Counted from the stretch's first letter, positions 1 to 14,502 are shown. The stretch: 28,062 bases of DNA from Candidatus Heimdallarchaeota archaeon (GCA_018238545.1 JABCTC010000041.1:1-28062); one strand, 5' to 3'. Notes: generated by a model not told the origin, from the letters alone. Program-made: numbers and translations.

Positions 1-92
1 TCTCGAAACATAGTACCAAGCTCTACGTGGAAGGACTTAACTTTCCCGACCATCTGGAACGCATCCAGATGTATCTCTGACCTTACTAGGCA
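1..92 (-). ncRNA. Candidate structured RNA, 5' portion only (possibly RNase P RNA), runs off the left edge
   Basis: GC-richer than its flanks. Perfect 8-bp hairpin CATCTGGA(51-58)/TCCAGATG(64-71) is followed on the minus strand by GGGAAAGTTAAGTCCTTCCAC, resembling the RNase P P3 plus GGAAAGUCC region. Minus-strand TATA-like AAACTTAAAAA at 124-114. No ORF called here. Confidence 0.35.
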
Positions 93-386
93 AAAGTAAG
101 GAAAATAGATTGCTTTTTAAGTTTACTATTAGCGACAAATATTTTATCAGTTTAGGGATATTTTAGAAATAAGTAGAAATGGTTATTTTATTACTTTAAT
201 TGATGATTGATTTATTCCATCAGACAGGTTTCCTATATCTATTTTCTTGAAATAGATTTTTCACGGTTATAACGCAAGTACAAGTGTTAAGGAAAATTTA
301 AATGTAAAAATCAACATATAATAAGTAGTAGACTGCTGGTGAGAATTACCTGTTGAAAAATTAATTGATGGAGATAAAACTAAAAA

Positions 387-1466
387 ATGAAAAAGAAAAA
401 AAAATCTCTCACAAGCTTGTTCATATTCTTGTTTATTTTTTCTTTCTATGTTCCTAATATAGATTTAGTGAATAGTGCTGATATTCCATCCATTTACTCT
501 TTAATTTCGATGGAATTAAATGGATTGACAAAGGAGGATCTTACTGCCCAGCTTTTAATTTTCAATGAAACTAGCCAAACATATGAGGAGAATGAAATTC
601 TAAAAAGTGGGATTATTGAGGATTTAAACTGGTTATCTTATCAAATCTCTGATTTAGATGATATTTTAGTCTATAATTTTAATGATACTGTGTTACCTGG
701 TAAAGTAGACTTCTTGTTAGCAAATGTCTCTCATTCTGATAAACGCGTGTATGAACAACTATCTAATATGATTGATTCTGACACTAATCGTTGGTGGTAC
801 GTAGAGACAGTAACTCCTTCAATTATCCCTCCAGATGGACCTAACTACGGTTATGCTTTTGCAGAATATCAAGCACCACTTGATCTCACATTATTTCGCA
901 CATTTAATGAAAGCATCCGTGGCGGTAACGAGACTATTTTAGACTTCCAATCAAAGGATGGGATTATAGCATCAAATTTCATAAATGATGGTGAAAAATG
1001 GATAGAAAATAACGAATTTCATGAAATTCTCATTTCCAGCCTTCTCTCACTAAAAAATATGATATTTGGGATTACTAATCTTAGTATGAATTGGCCAAAA
1101 TCAAATTGGGCTGAGGAAGGAGATTTTCCGCTTCTTAATCTTTCAGAACCACTAGTCTTTAATGAAACTTTTCATTTTGTTTCAGAATTCAGAGTTTTAG
1201 GAGAGATAGACATTAAAATCTATTACAAGTCATGTCTCACTAAAAATAAAATGAAGATAGTTCGTAAAGTCTTTGACACAATTATTGCCAGTCATTGGTA
1301 TGTTAATAATTTCATAGCACTTGCTTATTGTGGCAACGATGTTGACTTCCCATTTTTAGTGCTCGGTTTAACTACTCTTATTTTTGCAGTGGTAATACAA
1401 AATAGGAAAAAAAGAGTAAAAACTATTGTTAGATTAAACTATCAGTTTGATTTTTGTACAAAATAG
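387..1466 (+). CDS. Hypothetical secreted/cell-surface protein with C-terminal membrane anchor
   Basis: 359 aa ORF with GGAG RBS. N-terminal KKKKK plus hydrophobic signal-like stretch; C-terminal hydrophobic helix (FPFLVLGLTTLIFAVVI) followed by RKKRVK. No family recognised. Confidence 0.75.
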   Translation: MKKKKKSLTSLFIFLFIFSFYVPNIDLVNSADIPSIYSLISMELNGLTKEDLTAQLLIFNETSQTYEENEILKSGIIEDLNWLSYQISDLDDILVYNFNDTVLPGKVDFLLANVSHSDKRVYEQLSNMIDSDTNRWWYVETVTPSIIPPDGPNYGYAFAEYQAPLDLTLFRTFNESIRGGNETILDFQSKDGIIASNFINDGEKWIENNEFHEILISSLLSLKNMIFGITNLSMNWPKSNWAEEGDFPLLNLSEPLVFNETFHFVSEFRVLGEIDIKIYYKSCLTKNKMKIVRKVFDTIIASHWYVNNFIALAYCGNDVDFPFLVLGLTTLIFAVVIQNRKKRVKTIVRLNYQFDFCTK

Positions 1467-1582
1467 CAATTATATAGAACTAATAAGTTTTTCAAAGAAA
1501 TAAATGTAGAATGGATTTACAAATGGATATATTCTTTAATATAGGCCATACTTTTAAAGAATAATTGTCTAATGTTACAAGG

Positions 1583-1600
1583 ACGAAATATTTAAATTTT
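1583..1600 (+). promoter_or_regulatory. BRE/TATA box of the tRNA gene
   Basis: ACGAAATA-TTTAAA about 30 nt upstream of the tRNA 5' end. Confidence 0.55.
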
Positions 1601-1625
1601 TATCGTAAAGATGAAACAAGAGCGC

Positions 1626-1708
1626 GCTGAGATACTCAAGTGGTATGAGGGTAGATTGCTAATCTATTGTCAGTAGACTCCCGGGTTCAAATCCCGGTCT
1701 CAGCTCCA
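1626..1708 (+). tRNA. tRNA-Ser (anticodon GCT), intronless, CCA encoded
   Basis: Acceptor stem GCTGAGA/TCTCAGC; D arm CTC..TGG..GAG; anticodon arm GTAGA-TTGCTAA-TCTAT (GCT at 1658-1660); class II variable arm GTC-AGTA-GAC; T arm CCGGG-TTCAAAT-CCCGG; T+CCA end followed by a T-rich tract. Confidence 0.96.
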
Positions 1709-1737
1709 TTCTTTTCTTTGTATGTTTTAATCCATAG

Positions 1738-2538
1738 TTAGCCAATTAGAGCCCTTAATCCAAAACCTATTCCATATGCTGCAGCTGCTGCAATTCCGCC
1801 TAGTGCTAATATCTCTAATCCTGATCGGATAAAGTTCTTTCCTGTTACTTTCACCTTCAAGGCTCCTAGAACAAAAAGAGTTATCCCAGTTAGAATGCAA
1901 GCTAGTAGAAAAGACAGTGATGGATTATCTCTTAGATAAGGTACCAACTGAGCTACTACATATGTTATCAATGGAACAAGACCAAACAGAGCAAATGATA
2001 GAAAAGTCGCCACACCATTTTTTGCTGGAGAATCATCTGTTTCAATTATACCTAATTCTTCTGCCATCATTGTATCTACCCATGCTTTAGGATATTTAGA
2101 GAGAGTATCTACTATAATTTTAGCATCTTCTGAGCTCACCCCTTTATCTTCATATATCTCTATCATCTCTTTCTTTTCGCCTTCAGGATAATGCTCAACT
2201 TCCCACTCTTCCCTTTCTCTTTCCCCTTGTTCATATTCTCGTTCGGATTTTGAACTTAGATAATCACCTATACCCATTGAAAGACCATCAGCTAACAGAT
2301 TAGCAAAACCCAAAATTATTATGGCACTAAATTCAAGATCTGCTCCGACCACACCAGCAACAATAGCAAATGTAGTAATTATTCCATCGACACCACCGTA
2401 GATTAGACTTTTGACATATTTTCCCGCTTCTCTTTGATGACGTTCTGGGGCTTTTGTGGAATGAGCTTCAATCATTTTCTCTACATCTTTTTCTTTGTAA
2501 GCTTCTTTCGCTTTTTCTAGATCTCTACTTGCAGCCAT
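1738..2538 (-). CDS. VIT1/CCC1 family Fe2+/Mn2+ transporter
   Basis: YGGVDGIITTFAIVAG and ADGLSMGIGDYLS transmembrane motifs; Glu-rich cytoplasmic metal-binding segment (EREREEWE...EKKEM...MMAEELG); three C-terminal TM helices; AAGGAG RBS. Confidence 0.93.
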   Translation of the reverse strand: MAASRDLEKAKEAYKEKDVEKMIEAHSTKAPERHQREAGKYVKSLIYGGVDGIITTFAIVAGVVGADLEFSAIIILGFANLLADGLSMGIGDYLSSKSEREYEQGEREREEWEVEHYPEGEKKEMIEIYEDKGVSSEDAKIIVDTLSKYPKAWVDTMMAEELGIIETDDSPAKNGVATFLSFALFGLVPLITYVVAQLVPYLRDNPSLSFLLACILTGITLFVLGALKVKVTGKNFIRSGLEILALGGIAAAAAYGIGFGLRALIG

Positions 2539-2633
2539 ATTGTGACAATCTCCTTATGATTATTTTAAAGTAGACTAAATAAATATTGAGTAAGGAATTT
2601 CTCACTAAATCTTCATATTTAAAAAGACTTTGA

Positions 2634-6053
<3,420 letters not shown>

Positions 6054-6147
6054 GTTTAAAAATATATTATTTTACAAAAATTTGCTAGTTACACTTTAAC
6101 TCCAATGAGATGAAGATTTTACCTATTTTATTAGCCAACTACTAACG

Positions 6148-8191
<2,044 letters not shown>

Positions 8192-8195
<4 letters not shown>

Positions 8196-8506
8196 TTGAA
8201 CAACTTCACTTACTAATTTTAGCAATAATCCTATTTGGTGTAGGGTTATACGCAACATTGGGAAAGAGAAATGTGATAAAAATCTTAATGGGTATTGAAA
8301 TTATGACAATATCAATAAATGTAGCTTTTATCGCACTCGGAACAGATATAGCAAATGGAACATTTAAGGAATTTACACAAATATTCCCATTGATTTCACT
8401 AGCTGTAGGAGCAGCTGTCATTGCGGTTGGACTCGCAATCGTCATCAACAACTATAGACACACAAAAGGTGTGGATAGTGATGAAATGTCCACATTAAAG
8501 AGGTAA
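8192..8506 (+). CDS. nuoK: NuoK/4L-like membrane subunit
   Basis: 104 aa, 3 TM helices; RNVIKILMGIEIM and GLAIVINNYR...LKR motifs; ATGA overlap. Confidence 0.85.
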
Positions 8507-8511
8507 TAGAG

Positions 8512-10326
8512 ATGGAAATAGAAATAATATTTACAATAATCGCAATTGTGGTTCCCATAATTGGTGCGTTTCTATCACTATTACTGAAGAAATGGACAGC
8601 TGTGCGTGACATCTTTGGTGTTAGCACAATTGGAATCTCCGCCATATCAGCAGTTATAGTATTTGGCATGTTTGATGGTACTCCAATTGCACAGACTTTC
8701 AATTGGCTAAATTGGTCAACAACCGCTATTGAAACTGGATTCTACCTTGATTCTCTCTCAGTCCTAATGGGCATCATTGTTTCAATTTTAAGCATGCTTA
8801 TCGCATTCTTCTCATTGGAATATATGGGTGAAGAGAAACACAAACCTAGATACTGGTTCTTCATGCAACTTTTCGTTGGTGGTATGTTACTACTGGTTTT
8901 CGCCTATGACATGATCTTCTTGTTCTTAGGTTGGGAATTAGTTGGTTTATGCTCCTGTTTCCTAATAGGACACCACTATATGAAGAAAGGTGAAGAAGGA
9001 GAAAAACCAGCAAAAAGCGGAATTAAAGCTTTGATCATGACAGGCATAGGAGATGTCGGACTACTAGCATTCTTAGCATGGGTTTATGTCCAAACTGGTG
9101 ACATTTTAATTGGTGACACTATTTTCAATGAACCCGCTGGAGGAATAATAATGAGTATTCTCTTAGTACTTGCACCCGTGACCAAATCCGCACAATTTCC
9201 GCTCCAATCCTGGTTAAGTTCAGGAGATACCGTGGATATTGATGCAATGCAAGGTCCTACCACTGTTTCAGCACTTATTCATGCTGCCACAATGGTTAAA
9301 GCAGGTATATATCTTGTTGCTCGTTTCAGCCCAATTTGGAATGTGAAAGTATTCTACTACATCCTAATGGTTGTTGCAGGAATTTCTGTGGTATTAGCTG
9401 CTATTGGTGCGCTAACATCAACGGATCTCAAAAGAGTCCTCGCTTACAGCACAATCTCACAACTTAGCTATATGTTCTTAGCATTTACAATACGAGATGT
9501 TGATGGTCATGGATTATTTGCAGGACAAATGCATTTGTTCTCACACTCAATATTCAAAGCTCTTCTGTTTTTGTCAGCAGGTGCAATCATTCACTCTGTT
9601 GCTGAAGAACGAGACATGAAAAAAATGGGTTGCTTACGCAAAGACCTACCATGGATTTATGGTTTCATGATGGTTGGTGCTCTTGGTTTGATTGGTCTTC
9701 CAATATTAACCAACGGAGGATTTTCAAAAGAATTGATAATTACAGCAGCATACAGTGCAGGAACCCCAGGAAGTATATTTATATTTGTGATAGCAGTACT
9801 AACAGCTTTCATTACAGCATTATATGCTACAAGAATGTTATTGATGATTTTCCATGGTAAAAACAGAGGAGCCAAAGTCCACAAACCTAAATACATAATG
9901 AGAATCACTTTAGGCATTCTAGCAGTACTAGTTGTAGTAACTGGATTCTTAATTGAAGGACCATTACACAATTTGTTCAGCGGTCATGCTGATCCTTACG
10001 TATTGATTAGAGATTTTGAAGTGGTGCCTTTTGTATGTGCTCTTGGAGCCATAATCTTGGGTGTTGGTTTAGCATTCTTACTTTATGGTAAGGGACAAAC
10101 TGAAGTAAGCTTCATTGAGAATAATAAAGTGTTGAAGGCTTGCAGAACTTTTGTAGCTAATGGTTACTATATTGATCATTTGTACAATCTAATTATCATC
10201 AAACCCATATTTTGGATAGGAGAACAACTTTCCTTCTTGAAGACTGGTAAGATTAATTGGAATATGCTACTTGGATCCGCAGTGGCAATAGTTGCTATTG
10301 TTGTTTTAGTGATGGTGATGGTCTAA
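8512..10326 (+). CDS. nuoL: NuoL/MrpA-like antiporter subunit
   Basis: GWELVG, KSAQFPL..WL, DAMQGPTTVSALIHAATMV, YSTISQL, HSIFKALLF and FSKE motifs; lateral helix region and final TM present. Confidence 0.9.
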   Translation: MEIEIIFTIIAIVVPIIGAFLSLLLKKWTAVRDIFGVSTIGISAISAVIVFGMFDGTPIAQTFNWLNWSTTAIETGFYLDSLSVLMGIIVSILSMLIAFFSLEYMGEEKHKPRYWFFMQLFVGGMLLLVFAYDMIFLFLGWELVGLCSCFLIGHHYMKKGEEGEKPAKSGIKALIMTGIGDVGLLAFLAWVYVQTGDILIGDTIFNEPAGGIIMSILLVLAPVTKSAQFPLQSWLSSGDTVDIDAMQGPTTVSALIHAATMVKAGIYLVARFSPIWNVKVFYYILMVVAGISVVLAAIGALTSTDLKRVLAYSTISQLSYMFLAFTIRDVDGHGLFAGQMHLFSHSIFKALLFLSAGAIIHSVAEERDMKKMGCLRKDLPWIYGFMMVGALGLIGLPILTNGGFSKELIITAAYSAGTPGSIFIFVIAVLTAFITALYATRMLLMIFHGKNRGAKVHKPKYIMRITLGILAVLVVVTGFLIEGPLHNLFSGHADPYVLIRDFEVVPFVCALGAIILGVGLAFLLYGKGQTEVSFIENNKVLKACRTFVANGYYIDHLYNLIIIKPIFWIGEQLSFLKTGKINWNMLLGSAVAIVAIVVLVMVMV

Positions 10327-11786
10327 TGAATTATCTATCGTTAATACTAATTATCCCTCTTGCAGGTGCAGGTTTGCTCACTTTATTTGAGCAAATTAAA
10401 AAATACCTTGTCAAGATAAAGATATGTACTGACTGTTTGAACCATATTTTTGCAAATGTTGTAGCTTTAGGAATATTCGTATTCAGTTTTGTTTCAATAT
10501 TTGTAGACGTAGGGGCATTGAATACAACCACGGACGGACTGTTAGAATTTGGACAATTGCAAGCAATATTAATTACAATATTCAGTTTCTTAGTCTGGAT
10601 GGTAGTTCTCTTCAGTGTTGAATACATGAAAGGTAAAAATGGCTTAGGGTACTACTACGCTCTAATTCTCACATTACTAGCAGGCCTTAGTGCTGTAGTC
10701 ATGTCAAATAATTTCTTCACCCTATTTGTAGGATGGGAAATGTTTGCTTTAAGTGGTTACACACTAGTTGCGTTTGATCGTATGAAACGAGGATCAGTAG
10801 AAGCTTCATTGAAGTATTTCATCATGTCAACAGTTGGAAGTATGTTTATACTTCTAGGAACAGCATTGACATACGGAGTATATGGATCTGTCAGTTTCGA
10901 TAGTTTATCTGGACCCATGAATCCATTGCAAGGAGCAATTATAGCTCTTTTTGTTATTGGTTTCGGTGTTACATCCGCAGTGATATTCCTGAATGCATGG
11001 TTACCTGATGCACATTCATCAGCACCTTCAACAATTTCTGCTTTGCTTTCTGGCATAGTAGTTAAAGCTGGTGCATATGGTATCTACATATCAATATTCT
11101 CAATCAGTCCTGGAAACTTATTGGGTACTTCATCTGTATTCGTCTCCTGGTTAGCTATCTTCACAATGTTTGAAGGAAACTTCCTTGTGTTCTACCAGTT
11201 TAGAAGAAAGGACATTATAGACTTCAAGAGAATATTAGCATATTCAACTACTGTCCATCTAGGAATCATCCTTCTTGGTATAGGATCAGGAACTACTATT
11301 GGTGTTGAAGCATCAATATTCCATGTGCTAACTCACTCTTTAGGCAAAGGATCCCTCTTTTTGCTTAGTGGAATAATTATTGCAGCCATAGGATCACGAG
11401 ACATTCGTGAAATGAAAGGTATTGGAAGAAGATCTCCTCTAATAGGAATCTTTCTAGCTATAGCTTTTCTATCACTTGGAGGAATTCCAATTACAGCTGG
11501 TTTTTATTCAAAACTGCTTATAATAGTTTCCGCATTTGGTGGGATCTATAGTTCAACCATGAATGTTATCATTGTGATATTGGCCATCATTAATTCTCTA
11601 CTAGCTCTCGGTGGTTATCTTTACATCCTAAAGATAATGTTATTTGATGAACCTGATGCAAAAACAGCTGATAAGATTAAAATCCCAATAATTCAAAAAA
11701 TTGTTATGATAACAATTGCAGTACTAATTATCTTCTTAGGCGTTTGGCCAAATAGTATAATGCAGTTTATTGTTGTACCAATTTAG
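10326..11786 (+). CDS. NuoM/N / MrpD-like antiporter subunit
   Basis: Start reassigned to ATG 10326 (TAATG overlap, GGTGA RBS). GWEMF, EASLKY, WLPDAHSSAPSTISALLSG..VK, KRILAYST and GIPITAGFYSK motifs. Confidence 0.88.
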   Translation: MNYLSLILIIPLAGAGLLTLFEQIKKYLVKIKICTDCLNHIFANVVALGIFVFSFVSIFVDVGALNTTTDGLLEFGQLQAILITIFSFLVWMVVLFSVEYMKGKNGLGYYYALILTLLAGLSAVVMSNNFFTLFVGWEMFALSGYTLVAFDRMKRGSVEASLKYFIMSTVGSMFILLGTALTYGVYGSVSFDSLSGPMNPLQGAIIALFVIGFGVTSAVIFLNAWLPDAHSSAPSTISALLSGIVVKAGAYGIYISIFSISPGNLLGTSSVFVSWLAIFTMFEGNFLVFYQFRRKDIIDFKRILAYSTTVHLGIILLGIGSGTTIGVEASIFHVLTHSLGKGSLFLLSGIIIAAIGSRDIREMKGIGRRSPLIGIFLAIAFLSLGGIPITAGFYSKLLIIVSAFGGIYSSTMNVIIVILAIINSLLALGGYLYILKIMLFDEPDAKTADKIKIPIIQKIVMITIAVLIIFLGVWPNSIMQFIVVPI

Positions 11787-11830
11787 AGTTGGGGCTATAA
11801 TCCCTCTTTTTTCTTTTTCTTTTCTTTTAT
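11786..11830 (+). terminator. Operon terminator (weak hairpin plus long pyrimidine/T tract)
   Basis: GGGG-CTATAA-TCCC followed by TTTTTTCTTTTTCTTTTCTTTT. Confidence 0.7.
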
Positions 11831-11879
11831 CTTCAAAAATTACAGCTAATATTTTTAATCTGAAGCGTAGTTTTAGGTT

Positions 11880-12257
11880 ATGGAAATACTAGATTATGTT
11901 AACGGTATCTATGCAATTACAGTTGGTGTTTCCCTTAACCTTTTCTGGATTGTAATATTTGTAATGAAAGCATCTCACAAGCTTATTGAAGACTATAAAG
12001 AGAGATTATTTCATGTTATAGCTGAGATTTTTATTTCATCATTAGCATTAATTGCGGGAATAATGATTTTCTACGAACAAGATTGGGGGATATATTTCTT
12101 CTTTATAGCAATAGGCGCTTTAACCTATGCGTGCATTAATGCTGTGGGGATCTATTCAAAGAAAAAACTGTGGTTATTGGTGGGAACACTTTCGCTAGTT
12201 GGAATTATATCATTAATTTTGCTACTGTATAATCTTATCATCCTAATTACAGTATAA
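11880..12257 (+). CDS. Hypothetical 4-TM membrane protein
   Basis: 125 aa, four hydrophobic helices, FHVIAE motif; TATA-like TTTTTAAT about 20 nt before the ATG. Confidence 0.75.
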   Translation: MEILDYVNGIYAITVGVSLNLFWIVIFVMKASHKLIEDYKERLFHVIAEIFISSLALIAGIMIFYEQDWGIYFFFIAIGALTYACINAVGIYSKKKLWLLVGTLSLVGIISLILLLYNLIILITV

Positions 12258-12306
12258 AAAAATAATTAGAAAAAGATTAGAGCAAAAAAGAGAAAAAAAA
12301 TGATGA

Positions 12307-12774
12307 TTAGAAATCAGCACTTATTAAACCAGCATTGATTTGTCTTATTCCAGTGTAAACTACACTAGCTACAAATAGTAATCCAACTAACCACCCTACA
12401 TAAGGGATAGTGTAGCTACATATACCAAGTAGAATTCCAGCTAGCCCACACAAGATATAGTGCTGGCCTGATTTCTTATCCTTTTTATTATACTTGATAA
12501 TGCCCAGTACAATACCAACTGGAAAGAATAGGATTGATAATACCATGAAAAGAATTAGCTTGTTCTTCTCATCCTTTGTAGGAGGAGTACCTATAACTTT
12601 GGGTGCCCCTACAGCATCTGGTCCAGATGTTTCAGTTTGGGGTGTTGGAGTAGCTTGAGGTTCAGCAACAGCTTCGGGAGCAACTTCAACAACTTTTGCA
12701 CCACAACTATTACAAAATTGCATACCTTCTTGTACCTTTTCACCACAATTTGAACAAAATACATTTTTTGACAT
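12307..12774 (-). CDS. Zinc-ribbon domain membrane protein
   Basis: N-terminal CSNCG..FCNSCG, Pro/Ala/Thr-rich linker, C-terminal TM helices; T-rich terminator downstream on the minus strand. Confidence 0.85.
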   Translation of the reverse strand: MSKNVFCSNCGEKVQEGMQFCNSCGAKVVEVAPEAVAEPQATPTPQTETSGPDAVGAPKVIGTPPTKDEKNKLILFMVLSILFFPVGIVLGIIKYNKKDKKSGQHYILCGLAGILLGICSYTIPYVGWLVGLLFVASVVYTGIRQINAGLISADF

Positions 12775-12867
12775 AATATCACATTCGTTTCTTCTGTTAA
12801 ACCTAATTTGCTTTGTTGCGCATCGTATTTAAGAATAACTCTTTTGTCTTACACTTATTACAGAAAT

Positions 12868-13320
12868 CTACCCATGTTGAACGTCTTCTCCTATACTCCA
12901 TAGAAATATCGTAGCGGATTTAGGACCCATTCGGGAAAACTTCTTCGATAGTTCTCTTATCACTAACCTATAGTTTTCTGATTTATCTAGAGTGTCTAAA
13001 TAATCCTGGAACGATCCATATTCTTCTTGAATTCTAGCAAATACAATAGCGTTAACAAGTACAGCTTCTATTTTAGCTCTATTTCGAATTATGCGCGGAT
13101 TAGAAATTAGTACTTCAATATCCTCATCATCAAAGTCTCTAACCTGAGCGATTTTAAAATCTTTAAATGCTGCTTTGAAATCATTCCATTTGTCAGCTAT
13201 AAGTTGCCAACTCAATCCAGCTTGGAATACTGTTCGTGACATATTTTCAAAGTAAGCATCATCATCAGGTGGAAGTTCGTCTCTATAAAACCATCCAGTA
13301 CGAGGATTATTCTCTGCCAT
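12868..13320 (-). CDS. tag: DNA-3-methyladenine glycosylase I (Tag) family, short form
   Basis: YFE..FQAGLSW..I..K, F..F....V..F, IIRNRAKIEAVLVNA and GPKSA..FL motifs. Confidence 0.88.
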   Translation of the reverse strand: MAENNPRTGWFYRDELPPDDDAYFENMSRTVFQAGLSWQLIADKWNDFKAAFKDFKIAQVRDFDDEDIEVLISNPRIIRNRAKIEAVLVNAIVFARIQEEYGSFQDYLDTLDKSENYRLVIRELSKKFSRMGPKSATIFLWSIGEDVQHG

Positions 13321-13455
13321 AAGATAGATAAAGTGAAGATGTTTATCATGTTTACCTTAGGTAAAAAAACTATAGAGTATTAATAATTTTGAAAATCTAT
13401 TTATAGCAAGTTTATATGACACGCTTAAACTTGAAAACCAGATAACGTGTTAGAA

Positions 13456-14502
13456 ATGAAGCAAAAACCTTCAATAGATGAAGAAGAACTGAAATATCTA
13501 ATCAAATCAAAATATGACATAGATGTAGAGAAACTTCGCTTTGTACCTGTAGGGGAGGTCGCATATTCATATATTGTACAAACAAGTACAATGACATATT
13601 TTGCTAAGTTATACGAATCTAATAATCTAACAAAAAAAGGAATTCACAACCTAGAGACATCAATGAATACAGTTTCCCAATTAAATAAAAAAGACGAGAT
13701 AAAGCAAATAATAAGTCCAATATTAAATAGCGATAAAGAATTTAGAACAGTTTTTGAAAATTATAGCTTAGTATTGATGTCATATATTGAAGGGGAGACT
13801 GTTAGTGAGAAATTGAGCAAAACGGAAAAGTTTCTCAATCAGCTGGGAGAATTACTTGCAAAAATACATAACACTACAAATGGATTAGAACTCAAACATA
13901 TCAAACGGTTTGAGATAAATCTAGATTTCAAAGAGGATCTCTTACTTTCAATAAAAGAAGCAACGGCATGTACAGTTTCTAAAGATAAGAATTTCAACAA
14001 ATTCCAGAAATTAATTAAATCAAATATTGATTATATCTTACCATCTTTAGTATATCTTGAGGAGTTAGCAGAGAATCTCAAACAAGAAGATAAATTTGAT
14101 TTGGTAATCTGTCACACCGATCCAAATCGAAATAACATTATTATCAATAAAAAGGAACAAATCCACTTAATTGACTGGGATGGAATTGCACTAGCGCCTT
14201 TTGAAAGAGACATATGGTTTTACATTAATGAGAAATACCATGAAAGTTTTATTGATGGATATACAAGAATTAGGGATGTAGCAAGCATAAATGAAGATCT
14301 TGTTATCTACCTATTCTACCATAGGGTTCTTGATGACTTAACAGACTGGATATATCGAATATTGTTTGAAGATATTAGCAAGGAGCAGATGAAAAGTGAT
14401 TTTGATGGATTACAGGAAGATGTTTGGTCCTTGTTGCCAAATATGAAAGAAATAGAAAAAATAATGAGGTACAATTGCAAAAAGTGGGTCAAAAGAGAAT
14501 AA
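13456..14502 (+). CDS. Aminoglycoside phosphotransferase / kinase-like protein (APH(9)-like)
   Basis: FVPVGE, YFAKL, catalytic CHTDPNRNN and LIDWD..LAPFERD motifs. ATG 13456 preferred over GTG 13447. Confidence 0.85.
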   Translation: MKQKPSIDEEELKYLIKSKYDIDVEKLRFVPVGEVAYSYIVQTSTMTYFAKLYESNNLTKKGIHNLETSMNTVSQLNKKDEIKQIISPILNSDKEFRTVFENYSLVLMSYIEGETVSEKLSKTEKFLNQLGELLAKIHNTTNGLELKHIKRFEINLDFKEDLLLSIKEATACTVSKDKNFNKFQKLIKSNIDYILPSLVYLEELAENLKQEDKFDLVICHTDPNRNNIIINKKEQIHLIDWDGIALAPFERDIWFYINEKYHESFIDGYTRIRDVASINEDLVIYLFYHRVLDDLTDWIYRILFEDISKEQMKSDFDGLQEDVWSLLPNMKEIEKIMRYNCKKWVKRE

